From IMG/VR virus record IMGVR_UViG_3300028833_000065: a stretch of 64,000 bases of DNA. One strand, written 5' to 3'. The position numbers and the translations under genes were made by a program. The notes beneath the pieces are model-generated. The model was given only the letters and a program-made list of their open reading frames with translations, did no database searches and was not told where the DNA came from. Position 1 is the stretch's first letter. Every line of letters starts with the position of its first letter. Below, one piece after another: positions 39,926 to 53,694 of the stretch. The stretch is from a virus. Its lineage: Duplodnaviria; Caudoviricetes.

Positions 39926-42900
39926 ATGGCTGATAAGATTGAAATTCCAGTTAGTTTAGGCTTATAGGCCGCGACTTAGCAAATTCAAGAGCTGCGCGCA
40001 ATACTGGAGAAATCTGTAGATATTAAATCTACAGCTTTCAAGTCTATTGACTAGGCTTTATCGAAAGCTTTAAATTAGGTTAATAATTTAAAAGCAAGTA
40101 TGAGTACTGCTTTTTAGAATACTAGTAGCGCAAAAAAATTCTCTGCTGACTTAGAAAGAACGTTTCAATAGATTCAGGCAATAGGCGAGAGCTTTGGTAA
40201 TCTAGGATAGAAAGATTTAATTTTTTCTCCTGAGGCAAAAACGTAGATTGATGATTTACAAAATCAAATGCGGAATTTAAATGCTGAAATATCGCGTATT
40301 TCTGCTGGTAGAATTGGAAATATTTTTGATGACAGTAGTATTGAAAACTTTAGACAAGTATAGAATATGGCGGCTTAGCTAGGAGTAGTACTCTCTAAGA
40401 CTACATTTGAGGACTTTTCTAGTCAAATTTCAAACAAGATGGCAGAAGTGCGGCGCGAGATTGAATCAACTAAAGCTAGCGTTGAGAATCTAAAAAATGC
40501 CACTAATAATCCGACATTTACTAAAGATTCGTTATTTTAGTCTTTAACTGAAAAAACCGACTTATCTAATATTATTGAAAAATAGATTGATGCTACATCG
40601 GCAAAAGATTTACGTGAAAAAATTGCGGCGGCGTATAGTAATGTAGGATTAGAGATTAATGAAGCTCTAGTTGCTAATGTAAAATCTGGGTAGGGTATTG
40701 ATACTGTTTTAAAACAATAGACTGAGAACTTAGTAATAAGTGCGACCGCATTTGAGACTGCCGCAAAAGAGAAAAAACAAGAAATAAGTTAGGTTATTGA
40801 AGATTTGACCGGATTAACAACTAATAGTAATAGATACGGTAATTCTGGGCAAACTTATAATAGAAATGAGAAATTAGGACTTATACAAGATATAAAAACT
40901 AAATATGCTAATTTAATAGACTTCTCTAAATTTGATGAACTTGATCCAAATAAAATGGGCATTCGTGAGTACATAAGACAATTTCAAGAAGCACTAGAAC
41001 AAGGATTTAAGAACATTGATGGTTCTACTATAGAGAAAGCACTAAAGGAAAATATTAGTGCTGCTATTAATAGCGCTTTAACTAAAGATGTTATTACTGA
41101 TACTAAAAGTTTTTAGAATTAGGTTTAGACAGTATTAAAGGGGATATTTGGAAATTAGACTTTTGACATTCCATGGTCGAGCTTTAAGGGCAGCACTGTA
41201 GATAAAGCGTTTTCGGATATAATCCAAAATATTACTAATACTATTGCTTCTTTTGATCCGACTGCTGCGAGTGAAAAAATTCAGTAGTTAGAATAGAGTC
41301 TCTAGGAATTAAAATCCGTATAGGAAACCGTTAATAATACTGCAACAGCTGATGGCAGTAAATTACAAGGGTTGTAGGATAATTATAATAACCTTGCCAC
41401 AGCAGTGGCATCAGTAGTGCAAGAGACTTTAAAAGCACTAGGCGTAAATGTCAGTGATATTTTTGCTAGAACTGCGGATTCAGCCCATGGCGCGACGAGT
41501 GCGGTAAATTCAGCAACGGATTCTTTAGCTAAATTCGAATCACGCCAAAAGTCATTAGGCAATATTCAAACAGCAGTTAACCGTTGGATGGGCTTCTGGC
41601 AAGTCTTAAATATGACTAAATCAGCGATTAATGAGATGAAATAGCATATTCAAGAACTAGATAGCGTAATGACTTCTATTTCTGTTGTTACTAATTTCTC
41701 TCAAGAAGATTTATGGGGACAAATTAGTCAATATAGTGAAATTGCACGCCAGTATGGTGTTGCTATTAAGGGTGTTTACGAAGTTTCATAGATTTACTAT
41801 CAATAGGGCTTACAGTAGAATGATGTAATGACATTGACTACTGAGACCTTGAAGATGGCTCGTATTGCTGGTTTGGACTATGCTACCGCGGCAGACTATA
41901 TGACGACAGCTATTCGTGGCTTTAAGTTGGAAATGACGGATGCTGCGCATGTTACTGATGTATTTAGTGCTTTGGCTGCTACAACTGCTTCTAGCACTGA
42001 AGAAATTGCTGTCGCTATTAGTAAGACGGCTGCTTCCGCTGCAGCTGTTGGTGCAAGCTTTGAAGCTACGAGCGCTATGATGGCGACAATGATTGCTACT
42101 ACTCGTGAATCTGCTACTAATATTGGTACAGCATTAAAGTCTGTTATTTCTCGTTATGGTGAAATGACAAGCGATCCAAGCAAAACAGTAGACTCTGAGG
42201 GCGAAGAAATGAGCCTTAATAGAGTTGATAAGGCTTTGTAGACTGTTGGTATTACAATTCATGATACCGCAGGACAATTCCGTGATTTTGATGATGTAAT
42301 GCTTGAATTGATGGAGAAGTGGGATTCTCTTGATTCTTTATCTCAACGTTATATTGCTACTTTAATGGCTGGTAATAGACAGCAATCTCGTTTTTTGGCA
42401 TTGGTTAGTAATGTAGATGAATATAAGAAAGCGTTATAGACTGCGATGGATTCTGAAGGTACAGGTGAATTGTAGACATTAAAAACTTTGGATTCCATTG
42501 ATGCTAAGATTGAAAAGATGAAAGTTACAATTTAGGAATTCTATACGAGTTCTGGATTGGAAGAATTATATAAGAATATCTTAGATACTATTACCAATAT
42601 TGTTGTTGCCGCAAACAGTCTTCCAAAAATGTTTGGAAAAATTCCTGGATAGGCTATAGCAATAGGTGCCAGCATTATTAGTACAATTAAATCTGTTCTT
42701 ACCTTATTTATTAGTTCTATTTCCAATGGATTAGATTAGATTAAAGGAAAAAACACGTCATTACTTTAGGCAATAGTAGAAGCATGGGGTCGTGCAGGTA
42801 CAGAGTCTGCTACTAAATATAATACTAATTAGCAAGCTGTATTAGAGCAAGGTTACACACGTCATAGAAGGATGGAGAATCCAAATTTAAAGGCGGGACG

Positions 42901-45900
42901 TGGGAAAACTTCAAAAGAATTGAGCCCTGTCGGGAAATTAATTTCTACTTATGCAGGCGCAGCAGCTTCTATTATTGGTAGTCTTTTTACTGCGACAAGT
43001 TTAGCTAAATATGGAGCTAGTTCTAGTATTGGCTAGGATAAAGAGGCTGGTCTTTTGGGTATATTAGGTGGTTTAAGTTCTATAGGAGGTGGAGCTTTAA
43101 CTGGCCTTGCGACAGGTGGACCTTTAGGAGCTGCTATAGGAGCAATTGCATCAGCGGTAACATAGCTTCCGAGTATAGCTTCTGCTGTAGATATGATTTC
43201 TGTATCTAGTACTCGTCGTGTAGAATTAGCCGAAAAAGCTGCAACAGAAGCAAAAACTGAAGCAACAAAATAGAAAGCTGAAACTTCTAATTTAGCTAAA
43301 GCAGTTGATACATACAAAGAATTAGAAGCTAAAGCATATAGTTCTGCAGAAGCCATGCAAGAATTTAAAGATCATATGAATACTTTAGCAGAATCATATC
43401 CTAATTTAATTTCAAGAATGGATGAAAGCGGTAATTATATTGTTGAATTAGAAACGTTAGAAGGGGCCCTTGCTGCTGCTCGTGAAAAAACCGCAATTGC
43501 AACCGCAAATGCAACTAAAGCTGAATTAAATACATAGCAAGAAAATTAGAAATTGTGGAATGAAGCTTATTCAGCTAGTAATTATACATATTGGGGCAAT
43601 GATAATTCTTATAAACATTATGATGAGGCTTGGGCAGAAAAGCAGGGAAGCTGGAATGAATTATGGCGTGGATACGGCTTTACAGATGAATTTGAAGAAT
43701 TAGGAAAAACCGCTAAAGATAGATTATTAAGTCTATATAATTTATTATTTCCTGATCGAGAACAATTAACTACATTAGGAGATTTTAATAATACAGAAGT
43801 ACGAAATAAGATTAATGAAGCAGTTAATGAGTATCAAAATCTACAAATTAGTAAAATGCGAGAGAATTTAAAAACCTAGGTTGAGGCATTGTAGAAAGTT
43901 GATTCTTCTTTAACAACTCAATACTTAACAGGTTTTGATACAATTGATAATTTAAAAGATTCTGAAATAATTTTAGCTATATAGAAATTGCATAGTGTAG
44001 CATAGGATCATATAGATTTCTATACAAACAGTATAAATAATGTTGCTAAAATTTTAGTTAGTTAGACAACAGGGACTTATCTAACTTAGATGTAGAATCA
44101 TGCAGATATAACAGATTTATTTGACTATGATCAGCATTCTTCGTTAATTAAAAGTCTAGTTAGTGGAAAACAATCATTGCAATGGTTAAGTCAATCAACT
44201 ACAGATGAAGGAAAAAGAAAATATGAAAAATCTGTAAAAGATATAACAACGAAGTATGTAGATTTTTTTAAATTGCATGAGGAAATGGCAACTTGGCTAG
44301 AAAATTTAGATTTGGGTTAGATTAAATCTTAGTCTGAATTAAAAACATTATTAAAAGAACATATTACAGATGATGAATCTAAAATTGATGAAGAAATTCG
44401 ATTATATTTTCTTAACCTGTATGAAGAAAATAGTACATAGATTAAAGATAACTTTTTATCAGCTTTACAATCCAGTTTTACATAGAAAGAAAATGGGCAA
44501 GAAAAACAATTAATCAGTTCGGATATTTATAATAAATTTGCTAATTTGGTTGACCAATCTGCGGATGAGTTTGGACTAGTCAGTGTATTAAATGCATCTT
44601 TATCAAATTATATTTCTTCTTTAATGCCTACGTTTTCTTCGATGGTTAATAATACGCCAATTATGGCAGAAATTATACTAGATAATATTGCAAACCTTTT
44701 TACAAGTATTGGAACTTTGGATAGTTCTATGTAGGCCCAAATTTCTTCAATTATTACTAATATTGATTTTTTTGATTCTGATTCAATATAGATGGCTATT
44801 AATAGTTTAGAAGGGTTAGGTCCAGATTTTAATAATATTATAACTTGGTTAGGCGCTTTACAAAAAAATTTAGTTATTAATGTTAAGACTCAGTCTATTT
44901 CATTATAGAGCGAACTTACATAGTATGGGAAATCTATTGAATAGGCATTATCAAATTATAATAAAGAATTTTCTTATTCAGAAATACTTGAGCAAGCATT
45001 TTCCTTAATTGATAATGATAGTAGTCTTACACTCGACAGTTTAATTACATAGACTAAAAATGGTAAATTTATTTTTACAGACATTGGAATTGATGCTTAG
45101 TTAAAACAAGCAAAAGAAAAAGAAAGCACTAAATTACAAGAACTAAGAACTGCCACTGAAAGTAAATTACGTTATATTCAAGAATTAATTGAAGCCCCAG
45201 AAGAAGAAATATCTGATATAATTTCTTCAGAAGAGAAATATGATGAGGATGGACTATTAATTTCAGAAGATGTAATAGAATTTAATTATGATAAAGCTAA
45301 ATAGTTTTTAGGGAAGAAATATTAGGGAAAAGAATTAGATAGTCGTTTGATTGAATTGGAGCAATTATATACGAATTGGAGTAATTTAGAAGAATCCGTA
45401 AGAGGTTCTTTTTCTAATTATTTATTAGCTCAATCTTCAGATTTAACAGACATTATTAATTCAACAATAACTATAGGAGAACAACTAGATTCACTTATCG
45501 CGGATTCTTATTTACAATCTTTTGATTATAAGTCTTTGGTTTCTGGCGGTTCAACTGATTAGACAAGGATGAATTTAAAAACATTATTATCCTCTGTAAT
45601 TTCAGACGAAAAAAAGGATAGTTTTGGTGCCAAATTTGATGAAGAAATTTATCCTTTATTAATTTAGGGAAAAATTGATGAATATAATGCTGAGTTAGAG
45701 TCTTTTGGATTAAATAAATATAAAGTTTCAAAAACGGATGCTAATCGTGCGCGCTTTGAAGGTTTAAAATCATTATATAATACATTGATAGATGATAATC
45801 CTGTTTGGGCTGCTTTAGATAACACACAAAAGACTTTATTAGAATCTATTGGTATTAATGAAGAGAAGTATAATACTGAAGGTGTTTCCTCTGCTGTTGC

Positions 45901-48900
45901 CGCTGTCTGGGCTGAATTGGGTATACTAACCGATGGTGTTATTGCTAATATAGATGAATTACGTAAGGAAATTGCAGAAAAAGCTGAAGAAAACTTTAAA
46001 GATTCTAAAGCTGGTAAATAGTATGATTTATTAAGTAAATTTGAAGGCGGTTTTACAGCACCTGAAGCGGCAGAATTGGGGCTGCTTGATAAAGAAACTG
46101 GTAGATTAAAATCACAATTTACACAATATTTAAGACAGGATGAAACCGGTAATTTTGTTATGCGAGCAGGACAAAATGCGGCCGATGTCATTTATGCTTT
46201 AGCATAGTTATTAGATATCTATATTGATACTACTACTGATTAGTACAAAGATACCATTTCAAAGTCAATAGATGATGGTATTAGTAATAGGCAAAAAGAA
46301 AATAAGGGTAAGCAAATTGCTCAATAGTTAAAGACTTTTTCTGAAGCTAGTATAGGTGATGAAATTAGAATCGATTCCTTAACCGATTCTATGAAATCCG
46401 CAATTGGCGTAGACGCAACTGCAACAACGCTTACTATTGAATCAGAAGCAAGAAGAGATGCTTTGCTATTATTATTAGAAGAATCAATTAAAACATTTAA
46501 TGGCGATGGAAAAGAAGTTTTACTTAATTTATATAGTTAGATAAAAAAATCAACCACATCTCGACATAATAAATACGCCGGTATTTCTAAAATTTTATCT
46601 GAAAGATTTAGTCTTGCAGATGCAGAAGCTTTTGCTATTTCGCAGGGTTCTGATCCTACAACTATTATTCAAGATTTACGAGGATTAGGTATTGAATATA
46701 ATGAATGGACCGAAGAATTTGTTATAAATAGCTAGAAAGATATTGATAGTCTTTTATTATTTATTAATGCCTTACCAAATATTGATTAGCATTCAGAAGA
46801 ATTTTAGCAATTATTAGCTTAGGTTAATAATTTGAAAACTTCTTTATAGAATAAGCAGTACAATGCCGTTCAAGATATTGTTGAAAATTATGACAACCTT
46901 AGTGAGGAATCTATTGCCGCTTTTTCAACAGCATTCGAAGGCTTAGGAATTAATATTCGTGATTATGTCACCACTGATAAATGGGGCAAAAATAAAGTTG
47001 ATTTAGCCGCTCTTAATTAGAAACTGGCTGCGGTAGGATATAACGTTAATGAATTATTCCAATAGGAAATTACTAAGATTGGCGATTCTTACTTACAAAA
47101 TATTTCTACTGGCGTATCTTTATTGTCTAGTGGAACTAATAATCTTGCTGATATTGGTGCTTTTGTTGAATCTTATAATGAAACAATGGGAACCAACTTG
47201 TTGGCAGAGAACATTAGTTATTACGATGATATCTTAAAAGGATTTACAATTCGTCCAGAATTTATTCGTGCTTATATACAAAAATAGGCAGAAAATTTAA
47301 AGGCACAAGGTATTCTTCCTGAAGAAAAGGTAGACTAGTGGGTTTAGGATAATACAACTGAATTTGCTAGAGAAAATATTGATATTGGTAGTTTCTTATC
47401 TAGTGAAAGAACATAGGATGATACGAATAAACTTGGTAAAGCTATCTAGAATTATTATGAATTTCTTGGAAATTCCATAGATGTAGCTAATATTGAAGCT
47501 TAGTTTATTATTAATGATTTATAGCAAGGTGGAAATAAAGCTGTTGAAATTGCACAAAAATTAAAACCAAACTTAACTGAAACTGAATTAGCTGAAATTT
47601 ATTCTAATGCTATAAATCGTTGGAATGAAGCATTTAATCAAGTTGAAAATATAGTTGCTGGTTAGGTAGTAACTGGAGAACTACGTTAGGTATTGGCTTC
47701 TCTAGATATGGTAGATGAAAATGGCGTAGTAAAAGAAACTTTTGATATGGTAAGTGTCTACGCCGCCATCTATAATAAGATGAAGAGTACTGCTGGCGCC
47801 ACTACTGCCGATTTAAACAATGCTTATGCTAAATTATTAACTGCGCGTGATTAGAAAAATATTGATACGATGGATGCGTTAGAAAATGCGGCGAATATGT
47901 CATTTGACGCATTAGCATAGCTATTTAATAATTTTAATCATAATTTAGAAGCAGAATTACCGCAACTTCTTAAAGACAATACGGTTGGCTTAACAGGCTT
48001 TGGTGGCATCCGTATTTTTAATTTTAAAGCCTTCGCAGAACAACTTGGCTTAGCGGAAAATAGTCCAGAATATTACGAAGCTTATAGTAAGTATGCTGAT
48101 TCAATGGCGGATTTCTATAATAGCACAAACAATATTATAGATAATGTTGCCGAACAAATTAAAGGATTGGCTGATGCTAAACCTGGTAAGGCAATTAATG
48201 TTTCTTATCTACAACAGATGCTTGGTGATAAATTTTCTGAAGCAATTGAAGGCTATGGCTACATGATTCAAGACGGTATTATGGTACTTAATTAGGGTGC
48301 TGATATACCTGGTTTAATTGCGACTGTGGCTAATAAAGCGGCAGAAGCTGGGCAAATTTTGCCAGAATAGCTTGCGGAATTAGTCGATGCTGTAGCAGAA
48401 GTATTATCACAAATAACTTCTTTAATTACTGGCGGTATTTCTGGAAATTTAAAGAACGCCGATGCCCTTAAATTGTAGGATTGGGCAACATAGCATGGTC
48501 TTGGTAAATTAGATTTTACATAGACAGCTGATGGGTTAAAACTATCTAATGATTCCGCAAAATAGCTATATAATACTATGAATAATATTGATAGTATTCA
48601 AGGACAAATAGCATTTAAAGCTTTGAAAGAATCATTGATTGAATCTGATGACAGTTTTAAATCAATAAGTGCTTCTGCAAGTAAGGTTGCAAGTATAGAA
48701 AAAGATCTTAATTATGAAGTTATGAAAAAAGAAATATAGAGCAATGGTGGCCGTGTTTCTTTATTCGATAAAATGAATGGTAATGTGGATCTTTATAATC
48801 GTCCTATTTTAAATAATGGGGATGGTAGTTATTCTACTTTGCTTACAACAACATTAGATTCTCGTAATTATGAAACTGATATTCCTTGGGTAATGAATGT

Positions 48901-51900
48901 TACTCCTATTACTAAAGATGGCAAAAAACTGGATGATGGAGCTCTTGGAGAATATATCCAAAAATTAATTGATGGCACTGATGGTAGTTTAGAAGCAATC
49001 CTAGAAGCGGATGCGAAAGATTTAGGATTAATTATAGAATTAGCCGATGCCGCAGGAAAGGATCAGGATGCTCTTGCTAATAGTATGGGCGATCGTGCAG
49101 AAATATTACATGAAATTAGTGAAGCATACGAAGCAATTAAAAATGGCGAAACTTTTGATGATACTAAAATTAAATAGTATCAAGAAGAACTAAATCTATT
49201 ACGTGAAATTTAGGCAGAACGTGCTACAACTGAAGACGCGTCTTTCAAATTCATGGAAAACGCTATCCCAAGTGGTTAGAACAATCCTCTTAATTATTAT
49301 GAAAATTGGGGTAAAGCCTGGAAAGCATTATAGACTGGTGTAAAAGAAGGCTCTATGGCCTATCAAGACTGGTATAATATTATTACTGAAATGAATAATA
49401 TTGCTGGGGCCTCTGGCTAGACGATAGAGATAGCTGGCGTTCAACTTAATGGAAGCATGGAAGCTGCTGCCGCAGCAATTCAAAAAGGCGCGAAGGCTTT
49501 AAAAGTTACTGCTGATGGAAGTATTAAAGTTGACTTAAGCGGTTTTGGAATTGATCTGGCAGCTGGCGCTAATTCAATGCAAGAGGGCGTAGACAAGGGC
49601 ATTGATGCAATAGCCGATTCATAGATTAAAATGCTTGATAGTATGATTTAGCTAATGGAAACCATTGTAGCGATGGAGTAGCTTGGCGACATTACCGGAG
49701 AAGACAATGAAATTAATATTAAAGACATTTTGCCAGATATTAAATGGGATGATCAAGGGAACGTTATCGCTGCTGGAGAATTTAGTGAAGGATATGCGGC
49801 TTGGCGTCAATCAATGATTGATTAGCTTAAACTTACTGAAAAAGATAAAGGCTATAATAAAGATTTATAGGATGCTTTAAAAGGAATATTTATTGGCGAA
49901 GGCGAAAATAAATTTTCATTAGCAGACATTATTAATTGGAATGAAACTAAATTTGCCGGAGCAGATAAAGCTGTTCAAGACGCTTATATGGCAATGCTCA
50001 CGGCTTTTTCAGCTGCAGCGAAATCTGGAGATTATGATCTTGATAATATCATGGCTTCTGTTAAATAGGTGTTAGCCGGTACAGGGTATGAAGGTGAAAT
50101 TGATATTGGCGATATGCACCTTACTTTTAAGCAGGGTTATGTTCTTGAACGCGATTCTGAAGGGCATTATATCGTTGATAATAAAAAATTTAATGACGAA
50201 GAAACGGCATTAAATGCTATGGCTGCAAACCAACTAGAGGATTTACTAGGACAAGCAAAAGATATTGATACCGAAACTGGTGAAGTCACATATCACGGAG
50301 CTATGGATGCTACGGTTAAAGTTGATGTAACTGCTGATAAAACAACCTATACCGCTCATGTAGGAGAATATACAGTTACTTCCACATCTAGAGAAGGTAT
50401 TGCTGCTGCAATTAAAACCGCTACTATGCTTTCAGGCAAAGACTGGGAAGATACTGCATCTAATGCTGAAAATACAGATAATGCCTTGACTTATACAATA
50501 TAGCAGAACGCTTCAGCGGTAGTAAATGTTACTGTTGATACTAAAGTTGGAACAGTAACATATAGTACGGATAATCCCGATCTTGGACGACAACGGGATA
50601 GTAAAATACTATTAGAAGATCTTGAGTAGCATCAAACGTAGGTTAAAGATATTGTTCAAAATATTAAAGTTGGAACAGATGAAGCCGCCGAAGCTTTAGA
50701 TAAAAATAAAGAAGACGGTGAAAGTAAAACAGTTAATTAGGATATTACTAATGAGAAAAATGCAACCGGAGACGCTTTATAGGCGAATGCAGATTTAGCT
50801 GCCCAAGGTGTGTCATAGGCTATTACTATGAGCAGTAATGCGGTTCGACAAGCCATTTTAGATAATTAGATTTTTGCTAAAAATCATCCGGCGATTTAGT
50901 AGTTAAAAGTTAGTAAAGCTTCTGGTACAGCCGGTGGAGGAAAGACCATTACAACGGAGTCTAATGTTGCTAATTATGTTAGAGCAGCTGGTACTCTTGG
51001 TCTTGCTAAGTCTAAAGGCACTTTAATGGGCGAACTTGGCCCCGAGCTGGTAGTATCCAAAGGACGCTATTTTGTTGTTGGATAGAGCGGCCCAGAAATG
51101 GTAGATTTAGCCGATGATGCAATTGTATTTAATCATCTACAAACTCAATCTCTACTAACAAAAGGAATGTCTAGTGAGCGCGGGCATGCCGTCACAAATG
51201 AACGTAATGCTGTATCTTTCGCCACTGGTAATGTAGATGGCGGTCCAGCAATGGCTAGCGCTTCTGCAGCATTAAATGCATTAAAATAGTTACGTGATAT
51301 GTGGGAAGCTCTAAAGAGTGCTTCTGTATCCGACCTTGCCGGCGCCGGTGGCGGCGGAGGAGGCGGTGGTGGCGGCGATAAAACCACTACGCCGAAAGAA
51401 TGGGTTAAGACAGTTGAACGCTGGTATAATTTGATGCAAGAAATTGCTAAATTAGAAGCGCAAATAACTCATGAAGAAGCTCTCCGTTCTAAAATTCAAA
51501 GTGATTTTGGTAAGAATGGGAAGCATTATTTTTAGAGCTAGAAGCGTTCTCTTGAAGCAATTTAGCAACAAATTGCGGCGCAGGAATAGCTTAACTTAAG
51601 CCGTGAATCTTATTTTGATAAACGTCGAGAATCCTTAAAAGATACTCCGCTTGGACAAATTTATACATTTGATGAAGATGGATAGATGAAGTTCCGTAAG
51701 GATTTAGACCCAAATCGTTTTAATGGATTTACAGATGCGATGGAATGGAGGACTTGGCTTACTGGCTTTACACCAGAAGGCAAGGCACGGTATACTAATA
51801 AGCAAAAGTATGATTAGTTAATTGCCGCTGGAATGGGCGAGTATATGTTGTATGATTCCAATGGCTCAGAGATTCGTAAAGAAGATTTTGAAGATGAGGA

Positions 51901-53686
51901 TGAGTATTATTATACTGTTACATAGCAAGTTTTAGATCGTATTGATGATTATCAAGAAACGACTTAGTCATTACATGACAGTATTGAAGAGGGCTAGACT
52001 TAGCTATTAGAACTTCAAGAACAAGAAAATGAACTGTTGCAAGAAATGCGCGATAATCAAATGGAACTTGAAGATGAAGTTCTTAAAGCCATTGAAGATA
52101 TGCGTCAACGTGAGATTGATGCACTATAGGATGAACGCGACAAGTTAGAAGAATCTACTGGTAAATATATACAAGGCTTGTCAGATGCTTTAAATAAAGA
52201 ACAAGAAATGTATAATAATTAGGAACAGGAAAATGATTTGAACTAGCAGCGGCGGCGTCTTGCTATTCTATAGCGGTCTGGCGGCAGCGCGGCTGATATC
52301 GCGAACCTATAGAATGAAATTAATAGTAATGAACGCTCTCAATATTTTGATTTACAGCAATAGCAAATTGACGCTATCCAAAATGCTTCTGATTTGTAGA
52401 TTGAGAGAATGGATGACTAGATTTAGCTTATGACTGAAACATTAGAATACTAGAAAGAGTATGGACTCTTATGGTCTGATGTTTATCAGGTTATGAATAA
52501 ATCTGCGGCAGAAATTGCCAATTTTATTATGAACGGTAATGCTGAATTCTGGAATTTGTCTCCTTTAGGTAATGCTACAAAAGCTGATGAAATTTTATTC
52601 TCTGCTGAACGTTGGGAAGCTTAGAAAAAAGATTTGGATATTATGGCCTAGGCAGTATTACAAGATCGTAAAGAAAAAGATTATCAAGTTTTTAATAATG
52701 GAATGATTGCAAGTTTCGGAAAAGATTATGATAAGAATGGTACTTATTCTAAGAAATTTAGGGAAGTCTATGAAGAAACTGGTGATTTAACTGCGGCAGA
52801 AAATGCTGCTAGAAAAGCGTATGAAGAAGATAAGAAAGCTGAGGAAGAAAAAAAGAAGGCGGCTGCAGCTGCGGCTGCTGAAGCTGCGAAAAAACCAGCG
52901 ATTGCTTCGGCTTCTACTCCAGCAGTATCAAATAATTCTTCTAATACACATCCAGATGCGCATTTGAATGATGGAAGAGGTAAATTATTAAAATATGAAT
53001 ACTCTGATGCCGGTGATTCTGGTCATAATAAGATTCCAGTTTATTCCATTGCTGGCAAGCGAACGGATAGGGCTACTTTAGAAGCACATGATATGTCTAC
53101 AGTTTCTACTAAAAATGGTGCAACAACTTATTCGTGTAGTAAATGCGGACATTATATGGGCACAAAGAAGAGCGAAGAAAAAAAGAAAGAAGCAAATACG
53201 ACCGCAAATATTCCAAATATATCTTATTTAAGCGCTTCTGCAGCGACAGCAGTAAAAAAAGTTAATGCGGCAACTTCAATTAAAATACCAACAAAAACTT
53301 CAACATCAAAAGTACTTAAAAAAATTGGCTTTTCAGAAGGTGGAATAGATGACGCTACTGGATGGGCAATTTTACATGGTACCAAATCTCACCCAGAAGC
53401 AGTTTTTAATGCCGCACAAACCAAAGTTCTCCGTGAAAATATTCTTTCTAATAAACCTAATTCTCTCGTTACTCTCTTAAACACTTATAACGAAGCTTAC
53501 AAAGATGGCATCTCAGTCGCTCCTTAGGAAGCCTCTGAACAACTTATAATTGAAAACGCAACAGTAAATATGAATGTACAACAAATCGCAAATGACTATG
53601 ACGCACGGCGCGCGGGCGAATAGGCGTTGAATGAAATGATGCGTATTGCTCGTAAAACAAGTGCGGCAAATAGTATAAGGAGGTAA
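39926..53686 (+). CDS. Tape measure protein (about 4586 aa, TAG=Gln)
   Basis: The + strand TMP fragments from 40805 to 53527 that I checked share one frame. TMP core LKMARIAGLDYATAADYMTTAIRGF...IGTALKSVISR. Not every codon was checked for TAA/TGA. Confidence 0.8.
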
Positions 53687-53694
53687 AAGGAGTT

